Part shown: positions 1-7,981 of the stretch, in pieces
Layout: each line of letters begins with the position of its first letter
Numbering within the stretch: the first letter of the stretch is position 1
Translations under genes and position numbers: made by a program
Source of the DNA: Gammaproteobacteria bacterium
GTDB taxonomy: Bacteria > Pseudomonadota > Gammaproteobacteria > Natronospirales > REEB76
Reading direction: 5' to 3'
NCBI GenBank assembly: GCA_036378075.1
Contig: DASUXE010000113.1
Coordinates: 1-29,178, forward strand
Length of the DNA stretch: 29,178 nucleotides
Notes under the pieces: model-generated
Databases searched by the model: none
Seen by the model: the letters and a program-made list of their open reading frames with translations, nothing else
Told to the model about the DNA's origin: nothing

Positions 1-952
1 GTTCGCCACAGATCCTCGTGCCCTCCGCATCGGTTTCCGGCAGTACCAGGAGGAATTCTTCGCCACCATAGCGGCCAAACGTTTCATGTTCCGCTTTGCC
101 GTCACGGCCGATACGGTCCAGCTCGCGGATCTCGCCCGCGACCCGATTGGCAAACTCGCGCAGCATTTCGTCACCAGCCAGATGACCGTGACGGTCGTTG
201 ATCTCCTTGAAATGATCGATGTCCATCAGGCAGACGCCGAAACCACGGCCGGTTCGCAGGGCGCGGGCACGTTCCTGTTCCAGGATCTCGAGAATATGCC
301 GCCGGTTGTATACGCCGGTGAGGTCATCGTGGGTAGCGAGTTCCTGATTGCGGCTGAGTGCCTCGGCGAGTTCACGATTGCGGTGTGCAAGCGTATCGCG
401 CAGCCGGCCGACGTAGCTGCCGAAAAATGCCAGCCAGATCAGGGTAACGATCAGCACCGCAAATTGGAGCAGTTCAAGTGACAGCGGTTCCATGCTGATA
501 TCCGCGGACGTTTCACGCAGCACGATGGCGCCGTAACCGAGCAGCGCGAATGCGGTCAGCCACAGATATTGTGCGCGCCGCAGCCGGAAGATGCCGAACA
601 GGAAAATTACCACGTACAGCAGCAGCATGATGCCGCGCACCCGTGGCGTGAATGAGACCAGCAGCATGACCCAGAACGTCGCCAGCAGCATCTGTGGCAG
701 TGTCAAACTGGGATCCGACGAGCGCAAGTTGATGCCGCTACGCAGCAGTACAAAAAACATGATGTTGCCGGCCAAGGTCAGGCCGACCGCCAAAACAAAC
801 CAGGGAAATGTCAGATTGATGTAACCAAGTAGATAGCAGTAGATGGTGAGACCTACCCACAGGAGATACGACAACGCGGCCATGAAAAAGCGCTTGAGGC
901 GCAAAGCCTGCTTCGGATCGTCAGGAAAGAGCTGCCAAACCACGCGGTACAC
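1..952 (-). CDS. Membrane-bound diguanylate cyclase (GGDEF domain); 3' end runs off the window edge
   Basis: Not in the ORF track because it is truncated, so translated by hand. About 6 hydrophobic segments (FFMAALSYLLWVG...) are followed by 'THDDLTGVYNRR', 'CLMDIDHFKEINDRHGHLAGDEML' and 'GRYGGEEF'. Start is uncertain: GTG at 952 or ATG at 883, same frame. Confidence 0.88.
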   Translation of the reverse strand, partial: MYRVVWQLFPDDPKQALRLKRFFMAALSYLLWVGLTIYCYLLGYINLTFPWFVLAVGLTLAGNIMFFVLLRSGINLRSSDPSLTLPQMLLATFWVMLLVSFTPRVRGIMLLLYVVIFLFGIFRLRRAQYLWLTAFALLGYGAIVLRETSADISMEPLSLELLQFAVLIVTLIWLAFFGSYVGRLRDTLAHRNRELAEALSRNQELATHDDLTGVYNRRHILEILEQERARALRTGRGFGVCLMDIDHFKEINDRHGHLAGDEMLREFANRVAGEIRELDRIGRDGKAEHETFGRYGGEEFLLVLPETDAEGTRICGE

Positions 953-1043
953 CTGAGACCGGGAATCATTCCCGGCCCGGAGAGTGCCATAGCCGGGGCG
1001 GAAACCCAAGCGGCAATTTGATCGGCGGCGAAATGCGGGATTA

Positions 1044-2219
1044 TTAGCCCAGAATCCGTTCCTGCCGGTAAAGCCAGACCGCCAGCCAGGACAGCAACAG
1101 ACCCAGCAACAGCGTGCTGCCAACGGACGTTGCCACGAACAACGGCTTGAGGAGTTCGCCCTTGAGCAGGGAGGTCATCAATACATTCTGGCTCATGGTC
1201 GGTATCGCCATCATCCACAAGGACGGTTGTGCCGGTGACAGCATCAAGCCGAAGGCCGGGATCATCGGCAAGACAAATACAAATGAAAGCCAGGTCTGCG
1301 CTTCCTTGTAGCTGCGCGTGAATGAAGCCACCACGGTCAGCAGTGCCGCAATAAATACCGTGAACGGTACGCCGATCAGGAACATGTTCAGCGCGGTCGG
1401 AATGTCGAAGTTCACCGCGATATCCAGTTGCGAGATGTGGATAAAACCCTGGCAGGCATAGAACGCGACCACCGCCAACGCCAGTGACAAGGCACAGAAC
1501 GCCGTGACTGCAACCAGCTTCGCAGCAACCAGGGCAGTGCGCGAGATTGCGGTGGTGAGCAGCGGTTCCAGCGAGCCGCGCTCGCGTTCGCCGGCGGTGG
1601 CATCGATGGCGAGATAGAAACCACCCATGATGGTGGCGAACAGGAAAAAATACGGCAGAAAACCCAGCACCAGAACTGCACGCGATCTCGGTGTCGAGAC
1701 GTCCACCTTCTCGATCGCCAACGGCGACAGTATCCCGCCGGGATTCGTTCCGCGCGCCAGCAGCCGAAGGCTGCTGATTTCACGCGCATAGGCGTCGAGC
1801 AGATCGCGCGCGCGGCGCACGTTCTTGGTGGCCGATTGCCGCGAAGCGTCCTCGATCAGTTGCAGAGTCGCCGGTTTTCCGGCACTGAAGGCTGTGGCGT
1901 AGTCTTTGCCGATCACCAGCACCACATCCTGTCGGCCAGTCGTCACCGCGGCACGTGGATCGCCGGGCGCCGCTTCGATTTCGGTGTCATGCTGTTTCAG
2001 GTATTCAACAAGTCCGGGTGCGTATTGCGCGCCGGCTACCGGCAACTTGAGCGGTTTGTCGCGATTGCTTATCTGCTGGTTTACGATGGCATTCATCATC
2101 ACGGTATAGAACACCGGTCCGAACAGCGGACCGAAAACCAGTACCGTGAGCAGCGTACGCCGGTCGCGCAGATTGTCGACGACTTCCTTGCGCAGCACAC
2201 TCCACAATTGGCGCATCAT
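1044..2219 (-). CDS. ABC-2 type exporter permease, NatB/YhaP-like
   Basis: N-terminal 'KEVVDNLRDRRTL' plus a TM helix, a large extracytoplasmic loop, then 5 TM helices with the 'AGERERGSLEPLLTT' motif. Start overlaps the stop of the ATPase gene (ATGA). Confidence 0.88.
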   Translation of the reverse strand: MMRQLWSVLRKEVVDNLRDRRTLLTVLVFGPLFGPVFYTVMMNAIVNQQISNRDKPLKLPVAGAQYAPGLVEYLKQHDTEIEAAPGDPRAAVTTGRQDVVLVIGKDYATAFSAGKPATLQLIEDASRQSATKNVRRARDLLDAYAREISSLRLLARGTNPGGILSPLAIEKVDVSTPRSRAVLVLGFLPYFFLFATIMGGFYLAIDATAGERERGSLEPLLTTAISRTALVAAKLVAVTAFCALSLALAVVAFYACQGFIHISQLDIAVNFDIPTALNMFLIGVPFTVFIAALLTVVASFTRSYKEAQTWLSFVFVLPMIPAFGLMLSPAQPSLWMMAIPTMSQNVLMTSLLKGELLKPLFVATSVGSTLLLGLLLSWLAVWLYRQERILG

Positions 2220-2950
2220 GCCGATCCCTCCGCCGGTTCACCTGCAAGCTTGACGAAGGCCTCCTCCAGATCCTGTTCGCCGGCCTGTTGCCGCAATGTA
2301 TCCGGCGTGCCGTGCGCAACGATATGGCCTTGTGCGATGATCACGATGTCATCGCACAAGGCGGCGACCTCCTGCATGATATGGCTCGAGAACACTACAC
2401 AATGTCCCTGTTCGCGCAATTTGCGGATCAGGCTGCGCAAGGCACGCGTTGCCATGACGTCCAGACCATTGGTGGGTTCGTCCAGAACCAGGTTGCGGGG
2501 CCCATGTACCATCGCTCGCGCCAGGGCCACCTTGATGCGTTGTCCCTGTGAAAACCCCTTGGCCTTGCGGTCGGCGAATTCCCCGATCTCGAGCAGCTTA
2601 ATCAAATCCTCAACCCGCGCCGTCAGTTGCCGGCCATGCAAACCGTTCAGCTCGCCAAAATAGCGGATGTTCTCGCGCGCCGACAGCCGTGGATAAAGAC
2701 CGCTCGCGTGTGGCAGCACCCCGAGTTTCAAGCGCACCGCGTTGTCATCGGCAAGCACATTGCTGCCGTCGACATTCACGTTGCCGCCGTCTGCCCTGAG
2801 CACCGTCGAGATGATACGCAAGGTTGTGGATTTCCCGGCACCGTTGGGACCCAGCAGACCGGTAATGCAACCGTCCGGCGCGCGAAACGATACATCCTGC
2901 AGCGCCTGGACCGCACCGAAATGCTTACTGACATTCTGGACTTCGATCAT
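2216..2950 (-). CDS. ABC exporter ATP-binding protein, NatA-like
   Basis: Walker A GPNGAGKS, signature variant FSQGQ, Walker B LVLDEPT, H-loop SSH. Start placed at MIEVQ (2950), which overlaps the upstream stop (ATGA). Confidence 0.92.
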   Translation of the reverse strand: MIEVQNVSKHFGAVQALQDVSFRAPDGCITGLLGPNGAGKSTTLRIISTVLRADGGNVNVDGSNVLADDNAVRLKLGVLPHASGLYPRLSARENIRYFGELNGLHGRQLTARVEDLIKLLEIGEFADRKAKGFSQGQRIKVALARAMVHGPRNLVLDEPTNGLDVMATRALRSLIRKLREQGHCVVFSSHIMQEVAALCDDIVIIAQGHIVAHGTPDTLRQQAGEQDLEEAFVKLAGEPAEGSA

Positions 2951-4443
2951 GGGGTCGGTCCGTTGAAATTGACGAAGAACGGGAAAGCGCGGATCGATTT
3001 CACACATTTTGTGTCCAATCCGCTGACTGAAGCGCTGGCAACGAATTGCGCCATGAGTTTCGGTATGCAACCGCGCATGGCGTTGCCATGACCCTGGCCG
3101 GGAACCACCAGCGACAGGCTGTTGGAGAGCGTTTTTGCGGCATGTGATGCGTTGGCGGGCGGAGTGATGGGATCATCCTCACCCGACAGCAACAGCACCG
3201 GCTTGTCGGATTTGACCGGCTGCTTGAAATCAGGCTCCATCACGCCGCGTGGCCAGACCGAACAGCTTTTTATCAGCGCTTCAATCGGCTTGCCGCCCAG
3301 ATAGCTGGCGGCGGACCGGCGTATCTCGGCATTGTGCGAATAGAACGGCACATCTTCGGTACACAGCACAGCGGCATTCATACCTGCAGCGATGCCTTCG
3401 TCCACCGACCGGGTGAAAATCAGCGACTGCGCCATCAGCGGTGCGTAATCATGAGCCACGGCTGCCTGATGAATCAGCAAGGGTAGCAGCGCAGCCGTGT
3501 CACTTGAATAACTCATCAGCCGGATCGCTACCGCGACCTTGTTCCAGTCAAGCGAACGGTTAATCAATGTGGCATCGACGGGATCGCGCAATTGTACGGT
3601 TACCGGACGATGTTTCAAATTCTGCTGCAAGGCGGCGAATTCATTGACCAGATTCGGAAATGCCCTGTGGCACTGGGTTTGTCTGGCACAACGAGTAAAC
3701 ACGCCGTCAAGGGCCTGCTGTGCATCCAGTGAAACATCTGCACCTACATTCCAGTCGGCGGGCACCACGCCATCGAGGATCACGCTGCGAACGTGCGCGG
3801 TATAGTCGCGCAGGTATTCGAACGCGACACGCGTGCCATAGGAGATGCCATACAGATCGATCTGCCTGTATCCGAGCGCAGCACGCACTTGATCCAGATC
3901 CTTGACAGCAACTGTGGTGGTGTAGAAACGCGGATCCCCTTTCAACTGTGCAAGGCAGACTTTTGTCTCGTGCACGATCGATACTTCATTGCCCGGACTA
4001 TCGTCCGATTCGGGACAGTTGAGTGGATTTGATTGGCCTGTGCCACGTTGATCCACCAGCACGATGTCGTGATCGGCACGGATTCGATCGAATGCCGCAG
4101 CCTCTGTGACAAAGGCTTCGGTGGACGCCTGGCCTGGACCGCCGGCGATAAAAAACAGGGCATCGGCAGACGGTTTGTTGGCGTGCGCTGGCAGTACCGC
4201 AATGTGCAGACTGATTTTTTTGCTATCAGGTCTGGTGCGGTCTTCCGGCACTGCAAGCGACGTGCATTTCGCCTGCATATGAAATGCAGAATCGGGCATG
4301 CCGATCTGGCACGGTGTGAACACTGCCGCAACTGGGTTTTGCGGCTGGGCCCGCGTGCCGTGCATCCACGGTACCAGTGCCACGAACAACAGCCACCCCA
4401 GCGGATAGCGCGAAGCGTGCCGGTAAAGAGTTGTTCCAGACAT
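2947..4443 (-). CDS. Secreted alpha/beta-hydrolase, TAP-like (tripeptidyl aminopeptidase-like, S33-type) peptidase
   Basis: Signal-peptide-like N-terminus, GGPGQA oxyanion motif, DQRGTG, nucleophile elbow GISYG, 'GEDDPITP' Asp, 'QGHG' His, several Cys. Confidence 0.85.
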   Translation of the reverse strand: MSGTTLYRHASRYPLGWLLFVALVPWMHGTRAQPQNPVAAVFTPCQIGMPDSAFHMQAKCTSLAVPEDRTRPDSKKISLHIAVLPAHANKPSADALFFIAGGPGQASTEAFVTEAAAFDRIRADHDIVLVDQRGTGQSNPLNCPESDDSPGNEVSIVHETKVCLAQLKGDPRFYTTTVAVKDLDQVRAALGYRQIDLYGISYGTRVAFEYLRDYTAHVRSVILDGVVPADWNVGADVSLDAQQALDGVFTRCARQTQCHRAFPNLVNEFAALQQNLKHRPVTVQLRDPVDATLINRSLDWNKVAVAIRLMSYSSDTAALLPLLIHQAAVAHDYAPLMAQSLIFTRSVDEGIAAGMNAAVLCTEDVPFYSHNAEIRRSAASYLGGKPIEALIKSCSVWPRGVMEPDFKQPVKSDKPVLLLSGEDDPITPPANASHAAKTLSNSLSLVVPGQGHGNAMRGCIPKLMAQFVASASVSGLDTKCVKSIRAFPFFVNFNGPTP

Positions 4444-4601
4444 TACCGGGATCTACCGGCTCCGGATTTTCTGCTGGCCGTCAGCGCAACAGTGACGGCG
4501 ACGCCGATACCGATGCCGACACCCCAGTTGCCGCTCGAGGAAGCAATCGCCGACGCCATGGCGATTCCAAGCACCAGATTGAATGGGAAAGCGTATTTCA
4601 T
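4443..4601 (-). CDS. 52-aa small hydrophobic, glycine-zipper-like membrane peptide (not in ORF track)
   Basis: Manual translation: MKYAFPFNLVLGIAMASAIASSSGNWGVGIGIGVAVTVALTASRKSGAGRSR*. Its ATG overlaps the HTH stop (ATGA, 4598-4601) and its TAA overlaps the peptidase ATG (TAATG, 4441-4445). Confidence 0.8.
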   Translation of the reverse strand: MKYAFPFNLVLGIAMASAIASSSGNWGVGIGIGVAVTVALTASRKSGAGRSR

Positions 4602-4831
4602 GAGGGTTCTCCCGATGTAGATGTAGAAACTGGATCTGCGACATCAAAGACAAAAATCTCTTCGATCGGTTTGCCGAACAGCTTGGCGATACTGAACGCC
4701 AGCGGCAGGCTGGGATCGTACTTCTCGGTTTCAATCGCGTTAATGGTCTGGCGCGACACGTTCAGGCGTTCAGCCAGCTCTGCCTGAGTCCAGCGGTGTT
4801 CGGCGCGCAGCACGTGAATGCGGTTTTTCAC
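4598..4831 (-). CDS. Xre/Cro-CI (HTH_3) family transcriptional regulator, 77 aa
   Basis: '(M)KNRIHVLRAEHRWTQAELAERLNVSRQTINAIETEKYDPSLPLAFSIAKLF' is a canonical Xre HTH. The GTG start at 4831 overlaps the upstream stop (GTGA). Confidence 0.92.
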   Translation of the reverse strand: MKNRIHVLRAEHRWTQAELAERLNVSRQTINAIETEKYDPSLPLAFSIAKLFGKPIEEIFVFDVADPVSTSTSGEPS

Positions 4832-5235
4832 CGGTAGCGCCTGCGCAGGAGCAGACGCGCGACGGCGTAGATCATGGCGACGCTGACCCAGGCCCACCAG
4901 CTGCCGATCGCAGGAAAGCCGGTATCACCTTCGAGAAAGGTATACGTCAGTCCCAGGAACGCGGTACCTGCGGCCGCAATGGCGAAGGCTTCGGTCTCGA
5001 TCCGGCGCTGCAGTTCGTCCATCTGGGTGACATAGCGGAAGACCGACCAGATCATGAACGCGGCAGGGAGCATGGGCGACAGCGCCAGCAACATCCGGGC
5101 CGGGCCGGAAATCCCCAGTTTGATGAGCTTTATGGAGCCAAGCAGGACCACCACATAGCTCACCCCGCCAATGACCGTTTCAATCTGGTGGCGCCGGCAG
5201 AGCTGAGTAGGGGTAAGTGGATTTTTTGAATTCAT
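4828..5235 (-). CDS. Small 4-TM membrane protein of the type often paired with Xre regulators ('DELQRRI' motif)
   Basis: 135 aa with four hydrophobic segments around a 'MDELQRRIETEA' linker and a basic C-terminus. First gene of the operon. Confidence 0.8.
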   Translation of the reverse strand: MNSKNPLTPTQLCRRHQIETVIGGVSYVVVLLGSIKLIKLGISGPARMLLALSPMLPAAFMIWSVFRYVTQMDELQRRIETEAFAIAAAGTAFLGLTYTFLEGDTGFPAIGSWWAWVSVAMIYAVARLLLRRRYR

Positions 5236-5241
5236 GCCAAA

Positions 5242-5270
5242 AGTGTAGAAGACACATTACAATTAGTCAA
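5242..5270 (-). promoter_or_regulatory. sigma70-type promoter, probably leaderless
   Basis: Minus strand reads TTGACT (-35, 5270-5265), a 17-nt spacer, TACACT (-10, 5247-5242), 6 nt, then ATG at 5235. There is no room for a Shine-Dalgarno sequence. Confidence 0.7.
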
Positions 5271-5302
5271 GCACACTTGACTCAATATCGAGAGTGCTTT
5301 AC
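5245..5302. promoter_or_regulatory. Three phased 16-bp operator-like boxes, likely sites for the Xre autoregulator
   Basis: Perfect 6-4-6 inverted repeat GTCAAG-caca-CTTGAC at 5266-5281, with degenerate copies GTAGAA-gaca-CATTAC (5245-5260) and ATCGAG-agtg-CTTTAC (5287-5302). The period is exactly 21 bp. Confidence 0.62.
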
Positions 5303-5421
5303 CTACGGTTAATCCGAAGTTAGCTGACCGGCATTCAGTTGAACGGCTTCGGACACCTGGCGGCCATCGCTTGCGTACTTGAACAGGGCGTATATGCTTG
5401 AATTCAGGCAGGGAGGGGAAC

Positions 5422-5805
5422 ATGCCACGGGTCATACACTTTGAGATCCATGCCGATGAGCCGGAGCGTGCCATACGCTTTTACCGCTCGGTGTTTGGCT
5501 GGGAATTCACTCCGCTACGCAACATGCCGGTCGATTACTGGGCGGTCCGGACCGGTGACACCGGTCCCGGCATCGACGGGGGTCTGATGCGCCGGCTCAC
5601 GCCGGTGGACGGCGCCGCAGTGACTGCATTTGCGTGCACAGTCGCAGTCTCGGATCTGGACAACTATCTGATGAAAGTCTCGACCAGCGGCGGGCAGCTC
5701 GCGGTATCAAAAATGGCAATTTCAGGTTTCGGCTGGCTGGCCTACTGCAAGGATACGGAAGGCAACATGTTCGGCATGATGCAGGCAGATGAATCCGCGA
5801 AATAA
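5422..5805 (+). CDS. VOC family (glyoxalase/bleomycin-resistance-like) protein
   Basis: 'VIHFEIHADEPERAIRFYRSVFGWEF...GIDGGL...AYCKDTEGNMFGMMQ'. SD GGAGGG lies before the ATG at 5422. Confidence 0.88.
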   Translation: MPRVIHFEIHADEPERAIRFYRSVFGWEFTPLRNMPVDYWAVRTGDTGPGIDGGLMRRLTPVDGAAVTAFACTVAVSDLDNYLMKVSTSGGQLAVSKMAISGFGWLAYCKDTEGNMFGMMQADESAK

Positions 5806-5877
5806 GTATCATTTGTGACCCGAAGCAATTTTCCACAAACCATATTCCGGTTTGCACTTCCACTACAGCATGATTTG

Positions 5878-5919
5878 CTGATCTTGATCAACGACATGGT
5901 CGGATTCCGGTCCTATGCT
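5878..5919 (+). promoter_or_regulatory. Candidate FNR/Anr-type box with class II promoter geometry
   Basis: CTGAT-cttg-ATCAA (5878-5891) matches TTGAT-N4-ATCAA at 9 of 10 positions. A -10-like TATGCT at 5914-5919 puts the box centre at about -41.5. Confidence 0.45.
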
Positions 5920-5953
5920 GATTTTCCCTCAAGTCTCCATGGAGGGAAGTGTC

Positions 5954-7843
5954 ATGCGCTTTCCTGTGTCGATGCGTTCGATTGCTCTGGCAATCACATT
6001 CCTGTTCACCGGGTTACTGACAGCCTGCGGCGGCAGCAGCACCGGTTCGATCCTGATCCCGTCAGTTACGGACTGCACTGTTCCGGCTAATCAAACCACC
6101 AATCAGTGCGGACCGGTTGCATTCAATCTCGGCGATGCTAGTGGTGATTTCGTCAGTTATGTGGTAACAGTCGATCAGATCACGCTGGTGCGCGATGATG
6201 GTGTAACCGTGAATGCACTGCCCGCACCGGTGGCGGTTGACCTGGCACAACTGGTGGATTTCAATGCCTTGCTGGGCACCGCGTTCGTGCCGAGCGGGAC
6301 CTATACCTCGCTGTCGGTAAAACTTGATTACTCAAGCGCAGACATCGAAGCGGAAAACGCCAGCGGCAGCACCGTCAAGTTGACCCCGATTTCGTCGGAC
6401 GGCAGCAGTGTCACTACGATCACGCAGAAGATCAATCTGGGCACCGATAATACAATCACCGTACAGAGCGGCATCACCTCGGTCGCGACGCTCGATTTCG
6501 ATCTGGCTGCTTCAAACAACATTGATTTCAGTGCCACGCCACCGACCGTAACCGTGGGCACATTCCTGCTGGCAACGGCCAGTGCCGCTGATATCACTTA
6601 TTCACAGGCTTCCGGCAAATTGACGGCGGTGGATACCACAGCGGCCACGTATACAATCGACGTTGTGCCCCTGTTCTACACCGGCACCAAGACATTTGGT
6701 TCGCTTGAGGTTGTGACCGATTCGCAAACCGCGTTTTTGGTTAATGGGGCCGGCTACACCGGCAGCGCGGGTCTCCAGGCCATGACCAGCCTGCAAACCG
6801 GCACCGCAACTCTGGCATACGGCAGCATGGATCCCGGCAAGAACCGGTTCGAGGCGAGCGAAGTTTATGCCGGCAGCAGTGTCCCCGGCGCGACTCTCGA
6901 TTCGGTTCACGGTTCGGTGACAGCTCGCAGTGGTGCGTTGTTAACGGTGCGCGGCGTGACCTACGTGCGCAGCAGCAGTACCACGCTCTATCACAGCACC
7001 GTGACAGTGACCCTGGGCACCCAGACGGTGGTGCGCAAGGCCGGCGAACCAACCACGCCCGAGACAATCACCGATATTTCAGTCGGGCAACGTGTTGTGG
7101 TGCTGGGAACCCTGACCAATTCCGATCCAACCGCACTGGCGATGGATGCCGGCGTCACCGCGACCGGGTACGTGCAACTTGCACCATCCCTGGTGGCCGG
7201 TACGGTCTTGAGCGAGAATGCCGGCGTCGTTACCGCGACGCTGTCGGAGATCAACCACCATCCGGTGTCGTGGTTCAATTTTGCCGGAACCGGTACCAGT
7301 GCCGCTGTCGACACCAATCCCCTGAACTATGAAATCAACACCGGTTCATTGGATCTGACGGCAATTGCAGTGGGTGATCCCGCCGAGTTCGACGGTTTCG
7401 TCCAGAGCTTTGGGCAGGCACCGCCTGACTTCAACGCTGAAACCGTCGGTAACTACATGGTGTCAGGTACCCGTTTGATGGTCAGCTGGCGGCCAAACGG
7501 GACTACCGCGCCGTTCATGAGTCAAAGCACCACCGCCCTGGTGCTCAACCTGGCGGATCCGAATCTGGGTCCGTTCGCGGTGCTGCGCCGTGGCGGTTTG
7601 ATGACCGACCTCACCAGCTTGCCGGCATCGCCCAGCATCAAGCCGCCGTCCGGTGGCACGGGACTGTATGCCATTCGTCAGAATGGCGTGGTCACGGTGT
7701 ACGTCTCGTTTGCCGGCTGGGAAGCCGACCTGCAGTCCCGCCTGAATGGCACCACCAAGATGATCGGGCTGTTCGGCAGTGGGGGCTATTCGGCTGTCAC
7801 CAATACCTATACGGCGACGAAGCTGTCAGCGAATCTGAAATAA
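5954..7843 (+). CDS. Large Thr/Gly/Ser-rich lipoprotein, DUF4382-like N-domain with DUF5666-like beta repeats
   Basis: SD GGAGGGA before the ATG at 5954 and lipobox LLTAC. 'DASGDFVSYVVTVDQITL...VDLAQL...SGTY...LDFDLAAS' resembles DUF4382. The remainder is beta-strand-rich. Confidence 0.7.
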   Translation: MRFPVSMRSIALAITFLFTGLLTACGGSSTGSILIPSVTDCTVPANQTTNQCGPVAFNLGDASGDFVSYVVTVDQITLVRDDGVTVNALPAPVAVDLAQLVDFNALLGTAFVPSGTYTSLSVKLDYSSADIEAENASGSTVKLTPISSDGSSVTTITQKINLGTDNTITVQSGITSVATLDFDLAASNNIDFSATPPTVTVGTFLLATASAADITYSQASGKLTAVDTTAATYTIDVVPLFYTGTKTFGSLEVVTDSQTAFLVNGAGYTGSAGLQAMTSLQTGTATLAYGSMDPGKNRFEASEVYAGSSVPGATLDSVHGSVTARSGALLTVRGVTYVRSSSTTLYHSTVTVTLGTQTVVRKAGEPTTPETITDISVGQRVVVLGTLTNSDPTALAMDAGVTATGYVQLAPSLVAGTVLSENAGVVTATLSEINHHPVSWFNFAGTGTSAAVDTNPLNYEINTGSLDLTAIAVGDPAEFDGFVQSFGQAPPDFNAETVGNYMVSGTRLMVSWRPNGTTAPFMSQSTTALVLNLADPNLGPFAVLRRGGLMTDLTSLPASPSIKPPSGGTGLYAIRQNGVVTVYVSFAGWEADLQSRLNGTTKMIGLFGSGGYSAVTNTYTATKLSANLK

Positions 7844-7860
7844 GCGGCCACCCGCCGCTT

Positions 7861-7896
7861 GCCTGGCGCGATTCCCACGATTGGATCGCGCCAGGC
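7861..7896 (+). other. Strong GC hairpin after the lipoprotein gene (terminator-like, no U-tract)
   Basis: GCCTGGCGCGAT (7861-7872) and ATCGCGCCAGGC (7885-7896) form a perfect 12-bp inverted repeat 17 nt after the stop codon. Confidence 0.5.
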
Positions 7897-7981
7897 CTCG
7901 CCGTAAACACAAACCCTTCTGGCCAGCGCCATTTGCGCATAAAATGCGCAACCCAGCGCGGAATCGGCAACCACGGCCAGC

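Noticed and set aside
86-824. Plus-strand ORFs 86-481 and 591-824
   Set aside because: They are antisense shadows of the minus-strand GGDEF gene, which has clear motifs.
1836-2663. Long plus-strand ORF (275 aa), and similar long antisense ORFs such as 10484-11464, 12897-13961, 20069-21106 and 9047-9769
   Set aside because: They overlap well-supported genes, show no recognisable motifs, and are expected by chance in GC-rich DNA.
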